Assembly (NCBI GenBank): GCA_963826785.1
Contig: CAWGYD010000001.1
Coordinates: 96,001 to 160,000, forward strand
DNA length: 64,000 nucleotides
Origin: an uncultured delta proteobacterium
GTDB lineage: Bacteria > Desulfobacterota > Desulfobacteria > Desulfobacterales > Desulfosalsimonadaceae
Direction: 5' to 3'
Positions 30,683-37,669 of this stretch are shown here, piece by piece (position 1 is the stretch's first letter; each line of letters begins with the position of its first letter). The notes below the pieces were generated by a model. The model worked only from the letters and a program-made list of their open reading frames with translations, was not told the DNA's origin and did no database searches. The position numbers and the translations under genes were made by a program.

Positions 30683-31622
30683 TCAGGTCCCTTCCCGGGT
30701 GATGCTCGACGGGGGTTTGTCCCTGCTGAGCCCCTTGAAACTGGGATGGCGCAGCCGTCCGTCTTTGGTCCATTCCGAGAACTCGACATCCCCGACGTAC
30801 TTCGGTGTCACCCAGTGGACATCCTGGGTCGGCACGTCACCGGTTGCAAAAGGGGAAGTCTTGCGTTCATCGCGCAGCAGTTTTCTGCTGATGGAGCGCA
30901 GCATGTCATTGTCATACCCGCTGCCCACCTTGCCGGCATAGCACAGTTGACCATTTTCATAGTAACCCACCAGAAGCGCGCCGAATCCGATGCGGTTTCC
31001 CCTGGGTTCCGTATATCCGCCGATAACGAAATTCTGCCGGCGGGCGGATTTAAAAGAAGTCTTTTCCCGGAAATCGCCATGGGCATCCGGGACGGCAAGG
31101 TCGCAGTCGTCGAAACTCTGCGCGGTTTCCTCGAATCGAAGCGGATCGGTGAAATGAAATATCCGCTTCAGCACGTTTTTCCGGTCCGCCAGCATCAATC
31201 CGGAGATGTCGTATCCATCTGCAAACAGCAGGTCGAATATATAATAAACCGTCTCCGGCGTCTCTGTTGTCCCGTATTCCGGGCCCGGGTCCGGCGGTCT
31301 CGTCGAAAGGGACGATTTGCGCGCCAATGGTCACGATCTTTCCGTCCACAATGAAGTTTTTGCATTCCTGAACGCGCAGCGCTTTCACTAGATGCGGGTA
31401 CTTCTGGTTCAGGTCTTTTCGGCTTCGGGACATGAGCGTCAGATCATTGCCGTTTCGAAATGCCAGGCATCGTTCGCCGTCGAGTTGTTCATATATCCAG
31501 TCCGGATCGGAAAACGGGTCCTGGGCCAGCGTGGCGGACACGGGCTGGGTCCATTCCGAAACCGGTATTTTGCGGATCCTGAACTGTTCGTCTTCAGGAA
31601 TCAGGTTTAACAGATCATTCAT
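30683..31622 (-). pseudogene. Degenerate LigD/LigC-type ATP-dependent DNA ligase (frameshift near 31320; catalytic motifs lost)
   Basis: WIYEQLDGERCL (motif I, Lys missing), IFDLL, and an intact OB domain (FVIGGYTEPRG..GALLVGYY..YAGKVGSG..EWTKDGRLRHPSF). Confidence 0.8.
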
Positions 31623-31809
31623 GGGGTATCCTCGCTACGGATGTCGTTACTTCTCATTAAGGATAAATCCCATCGGATGAATTTGCAAAAGCGGCGCCCT
31701 TTTATTTCGGGCTGTTCAGAATGGATTTAAAATGCCGGGGCTATGCAAAAATCTTCAAAGCCATCTTCCGGCGCTGGCCGGAAGTGCAAGGATTTCTATG
31801 ACGCCATCC

Positions 31810-32640
31810 CTAAAGGTGCGTTCCGCAGTATTTGCAGAACGCCGCATCCAGGTCATGGCCTTCAGCGCCGCAGGCCGGGCAGGCCTGGGTGGAGACCGGC
31901 TTTTTCCGGGAAGCTTCCGTCATTTCCACGGTGACGATCCCGGTGGGCACCGCGATGATGCCATACCCCAGAACCATGACCACGCAGGCCAGGGTTTTTC
32001 CCAGGGGGGTCTGGGGGGACAGGTCTCCGTACCCGACGGTGGTGAGCGTGACAATGGACCAGTAAATGCTGGTGGGGATATCGGTAAATCCGTGGGTTTC
32101 GCCTTCGATGACGTACATGACCGATCCGATGAGGATGGTGATGGTGAATACGGCAAACAGAAACACGCTGATCTTGCGGCGGCTGGCTTTGAGCGCACTG
32201 GTGAGGACGTGTGCTTCCCCCAGGTAAGCCGAAAGTTTGAAAACCCTGAAGATGCGCAGGAGGCGGAGAATACGGATGGTGAGCAGGGTCTGGCTGCCGG
32301 GGATGGCGATACTGATGTAGGTGGGGATGACGGCCAGCAGGTCGACGATCCCGAAAAAGGAAATTGCATAGGAAAGGGGCCGCGACACGCTGATCAGCCG
32401 GAGCGCGTATTCCACGGTGAACAGGAGGGTGAAAAACCATTCAATCCCATAGAGGATGCGGCCGTAGGACCGGTGAATGCCGCCGACGCTGTCGAAGATG
32501 ATGGTGGCCACGCTGATGACGATACTGGCAATCAGGATGACGTCAAACGCCTTGCCCGCCGGCGTGTCGGCCTCGAAAATGATTTCGTGCAGTTTGCGCC
32601 GCCAGGGTGCGGTTAACCGGGCGGCGGGTCTGTCGCTCAT
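31810..32640 (-). CDS. Voltage-gated potassium channel-type ion transporter
   Basis: S4 helix RILRLLRIFRVFK, pore signature TTVGYGD and C-terminal CPAC..CKYC. Confidence 0.93.
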   Translation of the reverse strand: MSDRPAARLTAPWRRKLHEIIFEADTPAGKAFDVILIASIVISVATIIFDSVGGIHRSYGRILYGIEWFFTLLFTVEYALRLISVSRPLSYAISFFGIVDLLAVIPTYISIAIPGSQTLLTIRILRLLRIFRVFKLSAYLGEAHVLTSALKASRRKISVFLFAVFTITILIGSVMYVIEGETHGFTDIPTSIYWSIVTLTTVGYGDLSPQTPLGKTLACVVMVLGYGIIAVPTGIVTVEMTEASRKKPVSTQACPACGAEGHDLDAAFCKYCGTHL

Positions 32641-32667
32641 TGTTTCCGCCTGCGCATCAAAAAGGGA

Positions 32668-33006
32668 TTAATGGTGATGGACACCCTCCGAGTGCCCGCC
32701 GGCAATGATGTAAACCGCTTCATGAGACGAGGGGTTTTCCACGAAAACACTTTGCTCCCCGACAATATGAAAAACTTCTCCTTCGTGCAGGGTGCCCGTG
32801 AATTCACCGGTGAGATGAAGGATCCCCTTTGCGGCCATCACCATTTCCTCGTGCCCTTTGCCGGGTTTGACCAGGCGCTGTTTCTCGCCGGGTTTAAGAT
32901 ATCCGTAAATCATGTAGCAGGCATGGCTGCCGGTGTCCTGAAGGCCGAAAACGGACTCGCCTTCTTTTTCAGCCAGGGCCCGGCTTTTCAGATCGACTTT
33001 TTTCAT
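32668..33006 (-). CDS. Cupin-like protein, last gene of the putative RiPP operon
   Basis: Beta-rich sequence with GHEEMV..GILHL..LHEGEVFHI..VENP cupin-like pattern and a His-rich C-terminus; RBS CAGGAG before the ATG at 33006. Confidence 0.7.
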   Translation of the reverse strand: MKKVDLKSRALAEKEGESVFGLQDTGSHACYMIYGYLKPGEKQRLVKPGKGHEEMVMAAKGILHLTGEFTGTLHEGEVFHIVGEQSVFVENPSSHEAVYIIAGGHSEGVHHH

Positions 33007-33058
33007 GTTCAGCTCTCCTGTGGGCGGTTTGCTTTTGAGTTGGCTGTCTCTTTTACGT

Positions 33059-33981
33059 TCAAGGCGCGATGCATCGGGGATCCGGTGCAGCAAGGTCCCC
33101 GTAAAACTGATAGCTCATGGCCGGGCATCCGCCATGGCAGTGCGCGTGCAGGCTGCAGGTCGTGATCCGGGCACCGGTTTTTCTCAAAGGATTGGAAAAA
33201 CCCGAGGGCCGGGTGCCGCCGGATGTGATCGAAATTATCGGTCAGCAGGTTGCCCAGCCGAAATGCCGGGTACCGGAAGAACAGGTAGCATGGATATACA
33301 TCGCCGTTGGGCAGGACGGATAATTTGGTGGTGCCGGCCGGGCAGCGCCTGGATGCCAGGGAAGGGCAGGTTTGCACATCCGGGATGAACCCGGAGCAGA
33401 ACACGCCGTCAATTCCATTTCTGTTTTTTTTTAACTGCATCATGTGGTGAAAAAAAATGGGAAACGCCACACGGTCCGCAATGTCGGACCTGTCGGCCAG
33501 ATCCCGGTAAATCAGGTACCAGGTGATTCTGTCCATGCCGATGTAGGGGGCCGCCGCAGGCGGTATGGGCGCGTCCGGATAGAAGACGCTTTTCAGGATG
33601 GGCCGCTGATCGAGAATATAATCGTTTAGCGCCCGGCTGATTGGCGTGTCGTTGACGGAGATGCCGATGGTTACAGATGATGCGGGATAGGCGTCGGAAA
33701 GCGCCCTCAGGCGGTCCACCCGGGAGCCGTTTGAACTGACGGTGGTGCGCATGCCGCCGGTGTAAATCGTGTCCACCAGTTTTTCGATGTCCGGGTGCAG
33801 GGTGGGCTCTCCGCCCAGAAGATCGATATGGCCGACACCGGCCGATTTGAGAGAAGATGCCATCCGGGCAAACGCATCGGTTTTTACATCCGGCATACGG
33901 AAAAAGATGCCGGTTGAAGCAGAAATCGCAGGTAAGGTTGCACCGAAGGGTGGGATAGAACTGGATATAGGATAGCGTCAT
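33059..33981 (-). CDS. Radical SAM/SPASM domain protein 2, interrupted by two +1 frameshifts (about 33903 and 33168)
   Basis: CNLTCDFC in frame 1; GGEPTLHP, SSNG and CPAG..LPNGDVYPC..LGNL in frame 2; TCSLHAHCHGGCPA..PDPRC in frame 3, ending at the TGA at 33059. Confidence 0.85.
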
Positions 33982-34044
33982 TCGACTGACCTTACGGAAA
34001 AATAAGCGTGAAGACGCATCATGGCCAAGGCTCGATCGCAAATG

Positions 34045-35226
34045 TCAATCAGGCGATTTCAAGTGACTGTTCATCCCATAAACCGCGCACATGACCGGGT
34101 CTACGCCCAGGGGCGACTGGGCTCTGAAACGGCACCCGCCCCGGCATTCGTCTAAAACCGGACAATTGCGGCATTCCAGGCGATCCAGGGGGACATGTTC
34201 CAGGCGGTTCCAGCAGTCGGCCAGTCGGGCCCGGGCATCCCCCAGGGGTTCATCGCGGTAAAAACCGCATTTGACGGCATTGCCGTCGGGAAGGACGGTC
34301 ATCAGGTGGCGGCCGCAGGCATACCCCCCCGATGATCCGTGATAGCCGCCGCCGAAGGCATATGGGAACAGGCCGGCGGCCCGGTCATAGGGGACGGTCA
34401 GGTCCCGGTTAGACTCGAGTGAACCGGTGACCGACAGCACATCGATGCCCCATTCCACAGCCCCCACCTCTTCGATGAATGCCTGCATGGGATCAAATTC
34501 ATCCAGGTTGTCCCGGTGGATCATGGTGGATATGGAAACCGGGATGCCTGCTTTACGGGCGATGCGGATACCGTTTACCGTTCGTTCAAAGGTCCCGGCT
34601 CCCCGCAATGCCTCATGCCCCCGGGTCCATCCGTCCAGGCTGAACTGAATTTCATCGGCGTTTTGCAGCCATTTAGCGTTTTCTGCGGTGACCCGGGTCC
34701 CGTTGGTGAACAGCACCCGGCGGATGCCCAGGTTCCGGGTTTCTTCCAAAAAAAATTGCAGGTCCGGATGGAGCAGGGGTTCGCCGCCGGAGATGAGCAG
34801 CCGCAGCCCGCCCATCTCGGCAAATTGCCCCGTGATGCGCAATGCGTCATCGATGGGCAGCATCGCGGGCCGGGCCGGCCCCAGGTAGCAGTGCCGGCAT
34901 TTGAGATTGCACTGGTGCAGCAGGTGAAGCTCCAGGTACCGAAGCGATGGAATCGGACTCCGTGCGGCCGTTATGTTGATGGGTTCGGGGGCATTCAGCG
35001 CTTCTAAAATCCCTTCGGACAGTGCGTAACGGACGAATTCATCGTCATCCGTGAGTTCTTCCCCCGTGCGCCCGCCGGTGCAGCGCAACAGGAAATCGAG
35101 TGCGGATGAATCGATCTCATAGAGTTCGTCGCGCCCGATATGGTAGATAAAAGGCGTCTCCAGGACTTTGAGGGAGGCATCGGAAGACAGCCGCAGGTAG
35201 GAGCGGCGCCAGTCAGCTGGGATCAT
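34045..35226 (-). CDS. Radical SAM/SPASM domain protein 1 with putative N-terminal RiPP recognition element
   Basis: CNLKCRHC, SGGEPLLHP, FTNG and FSLDG; SPASM Cys set CG..KCGF..CRNCPVLDECRGGC..DPVMC; ~90-aa N-terminal three-strand plus helices segment. Confidence 0.92.
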   Translation of the reverse strand: MIPADWRRSYLRLSSDASLKVLETPFIYHIGRDELYEIDSSALDFLLRCTGGRTGEELTDDDEFVRYALSEGILEALNAPEPINITAARSPIPSLRYLELHLLHQCNLKCRHCYLGPARPAMLPIDDALRITGQFAEMGGLRLLISGGEPLLHPDLQFFLEETRNLGIRRVLFTNGTRVTAENAKWLQNADEIQFSLDGWTRGHEALRGAGTFERTVNGIRIARKAGIPVSISTMIHRDNLDEFDPMQAFIEEVGAVEWGIDVLSVTGSLESNRDLTVPYDRAAGLFPYAFGGGYHGSSGGYACGRHLMTVLPDGNAVKCGFYRDEPLGDARARLADCWNRLEHVPLDRLECRNCPVLDECRGGCRFRAQSPLGVDPVMCAVYGMNSHLKSPD

Positions 35227-35582
35227 TTTGAATCTTCCAGCATCTGCTTGTCCAAGAGGCCGTGTTTAAGGAGCAGATAAACGGCGATGTAGCCCCCGCA
35301 GGGTTCCGGATTTTCCGTTTCCGGGAGTTCGGATTGAAAATCGCAGTCTTTTTCCTTGAAATCGCAAAGGGCGCACACCTGTTCATCCAGCAGACCCCGA
35401 TGCCCTTCCCAGGTGTCGACGGTCTTGGGCAGATGCGCCACCGTCTCTTGCCGGATTTGGTATCTTTCCATGAGAGCCTGGGCCACCAGCGCCCCCCGGC
35501 AGGTCATTTCCTCTTTCTCTCCGGCTTTGAAATAGGTGCAGAAGGGGCGGCAGAGGTAATCGATATAATCTGTTTTGGGCAT
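35223..35582 (-). CDS. Cys-rich hypothetical protein (7 Cys)
   Basis: CRPFC..TC..CALC..DC..PCGG; stop overlaps the rSAM start (ATGA coupling). Confidence 0.8.
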   Translation of the reverse strand: MPKTDYIDYLCRPFCTYFKAGEKEEMTCRGALVAQALMERYQIRQETVAHLPKTVDTWEGHRGLLDEQVCALCDFKEKDCDFQSELPETENPEPCGGYIAVYLLLKHGLLDKQMLEDSK

Positions 35583-35608
35583 GAAATAACTTTGATTCCG
35601 TCAAAATA

Positions 35609-35642
35609 CGCAGCCCGCATGCGGAATGCATGACGGGCTGCG
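35609..35642 (-). terminator. GC-rich stem-loop between the peptide gene and the modifying-enzyme genes (leaky terminator or mRNA stabiliser)
   Basis: CGCAGCCCG/CGGGCTGCG outer stem plus CATGC/GCATG inner stem; followed on the minus strand by an interrupted T tract (TATTTTG). Confidence 0.65.
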
Positions 35643-35661
35643 GGGAATTGATTGATTCTGA

Positions 35662-35724
35662 TCAGCAGGAACGTTTACACTTGCAAAGACCGGTGGGTGC
35701 TTTTTTGACTTTTTTAATTTTCAT
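35662..35724 (-). CDS. Putative RiPP precursor peptide MKIKKVKKAPTGLCKCKRSC (20 aa)
   Basis: Manual translation; RBS GAAAGGAG 8 nt before the ATG; first ORF behind a strong promoter and directly upstream of the rSAM/SPASM genes. Confidence 0.8.
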   Translation of the reverse strand: MKIKKVKKAPTGLCKCKRSC

Positions 35725-35837
35725 GGCAGCTTCTCCTTTCTTCGTGAAAGTGTTGTGGAAAATCGACATGTCTGCTTATTTTGCATTTGGCGGAATTCTC
35801 CCGTCAAACGCTTTTCGTGTTCATCACGAATTAATAC

Positions 35838-35866
35838 ATTTTATCAGCTGAAAATGACTTTGTCAA
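35838..35866 (-). promoter_or_regulatory. Sigma70-type promoter for the peptide/rSAM operon
   Basis: The minus strand reads TTGACA-17 nt-TAAAAT, with an extended -10 TGn. Confidence 0.75.
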
Positions 35867-36103
35867 TCATATAGCCGGAATTGTTCGACATCATCGTTTT
35901 GCGCCCTGTGCGTTTAAAAGCGCATGCAGTCTGTAAAAGAGGATAATACGATAATCATCAGCCGCGCGATTGCAAATCGGCTGCTTTCAATTTTTCGAAA
36001 GATATCTGGCCCCGCTGCAGGGAAAAGCGGCAACGGGCCCCCGTTTTGGAGGCTGCGGAGACGATGGAATACGGGGCCAGGCGGCATGCGCGAAAAGCGG
36101 TTT

Positions 36104-36643
36104 CTATAGTCTGATCATGGGCAGCGGCCGGAACGGGTCATGCATTGCCCACGAAAGCGCCAGTTCGGTCAGGCGCCGGTGAAACCCGGCCCGGGGAAAA
36201 GTGCAAAGCAGGTTCTTGAAGTACGAAGGCGGAAACCGGGAAGGAAATTGAAACAGGCAGACATCCAGCCAATCCGCACGGCGGAAGGCCTCCACCAGTT
36301 TGGGTCGGCGTCCCCGGTACGGGGTCAGTTTGTGGTGGTGCAGAATCATGCACCGGATTTCGTCTTTCCAGAACCCCCGGTGGGAGCGATCCAGAAATGC
36401 ACTGGCCCGGTTTACAGAAGGGTTAAGATAGTCGAAGGTCTGATCGGTCCAGATGCCGATATCGTGAAAAGCGGCGGCCACGGCGAGTTTTTCGATTTCG
36501 GTGGCATCTGCGCGGGCATATGCGACGGCGATGTTGAATACCCGGCAGGCGTGATTCTTATAAGCCGTAAAATCATTTTTCAAATCATCGTGCCACTGCT
36601 CAAACAGGTGATCGATGAGGCGATGGCCCTTGATGGTCTTCAT
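36104..36643 (-). CDS. HD-domain protein
   Basis: YKNHACRV, AAAFHDIGIW, HHHK and FRRADWLDV motifs. Confidence 0.8.
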   Translation of the reverse strand: MKTIKGHRLIDHLFEQWHDDLKNDFTAYKNHACRVFNIAVAYARADATEIEKLAVAAAFHDIGIWTDQTFDYLNPSVNRASAFLDRSHRGFWKDEIRCMILHHHKLTPYRGRRPKLVEAFRRADWLDVCLFQFPSRFPPSYFKNLLCTFPRAGFHRRLTELALSWAMHDPFRPLPMIRL

Positions 36644-36727
36644 ATTTGCTCCGTGCAAGCTGATCGGGTCTGCTCTGAATAAAGGATGCCGGGAGGATTT
36701 TTCAAGGCGATCCGCATTCCCAAATCT

Positions 36728-37657
36728 TCAGGGGACCACCCAGACCGCCGCATCAGATATTTTCTGGATCACGTAACTGGCGATCCCGCCGAGATGGGCG
36801 CTTTTTCCGGCGCCCATCTTACCGATGACAACGGTGCCATACGCGCCTTTTTTCATTTCCTGAATGATCGATTTGCCGGTAAACAGGCGCACGGTAACCG
36901 ACTTGAAATGAATCCGCTCCCGGTCGATCCCCGACTTGTTCAGCAGGCTGAGCGCCTGCGTGCTGAAATCTGCGATGCATTTTTCATCCCCGGCCCGTAT
37001 GGCCGCTTCCAGAACGCTTTCATCCCGGTCGAAATCCACTTCGCAGAATTCTTTGAGTGTCGGCCGGGCATGGAAGAAATCGAGATGAATCAAAGGGTTG
37101 TCACGAAAAATAAAAGCGACGTGATCCACCATGCGAAGAGAAGTCGGGGAGCCGTCCACCGCCACCATGACCTTTTGGGATGTGGCCCTGCCGTCCACCA
37201 CCCAGACGGGAATCACCCGGGAGGCGGTCAGCAGATTCGAGGTGACGCTTCCCATGAACATCTCCTGCAGAGAAGACAGGCCCCGCCGGCCGAGGAGGAT
37301 GGCATCGTATGAACCGGCTTCGGCCGCCTTCAGGAGATCGTCCGCAAGGCCGGTCTGCCGGGGAACGGTTTTGATCTCGATGCGTTTCGCATCGATTCCG
37401 CCCTTGATCATGGACTCCCTTGCGGTCTTCATCATTTGAAGGGCTGCGGCCTGGTTCCGGTCACAGACCTTCTGGAGTTCCGCCTGGGCTTTTGCCTGCT
37501 TTCTGGCTTCCTCCAGCAGGTACAAAGAAATCATCGGCTGGACGTGGTAGAGCATGAATTCGATTTCATGGATCACCCTTGCCATTTCAATGGCATATTG
37601 AACGGCATGCCTGGCGTGGGTGGATGAATCCAGCGCGATCATGATCTTTTTCAACAT
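36728..37657 (-). CDS. Universal stress protein (tandem UspA domains)
   Basis: KIMIALDSS..GRRGLS..MGSVT and KVMVAVDGS..GKMG..LGGIA..VWVVP. Confidence 0.9.
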   Translation of the reverse strand: MLKKIMIALDSSTHARHAVQYAIEMARVIHEIEFMLYHVQPMISLYLLEEARKQAKAQAELQKVCDRNQAAALQMMKTARESMIKGGIDAKRIEIKTVPRQTGLADDLLKAAEAGSYDAILLGRRGLSSLQEMFMGSVTSNLLTASRVIPVWVVDGRATSQKVMVAVDGSPTSLRMVDHVAFIFRDNPLIHLDFFHARPTLKEFCEVDFDRDESVLEAAIRAGDEKCIADFSTQALSLLNKSGIDRERIHFKSVTVRLFTGKSIIQEMKKGAYGTVVIGKMGAGKSAHLGGIASYVIQKISDAAVWVVP

Positions 37658-37669
37658 CGGTTTATTCTC

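Noticed and set aside
35383..35664. Selenocysteine readthrough of the peptide's TGA, with the downstream hairpin acting as a SECIS
   Set aside because: The hairpin starts about 19 nt after the TGA and looks terminator-like. Readthrough would run into a non-protein-like frame overlapping the 7-Cys gene. Not fully excluded without homologue alignments.
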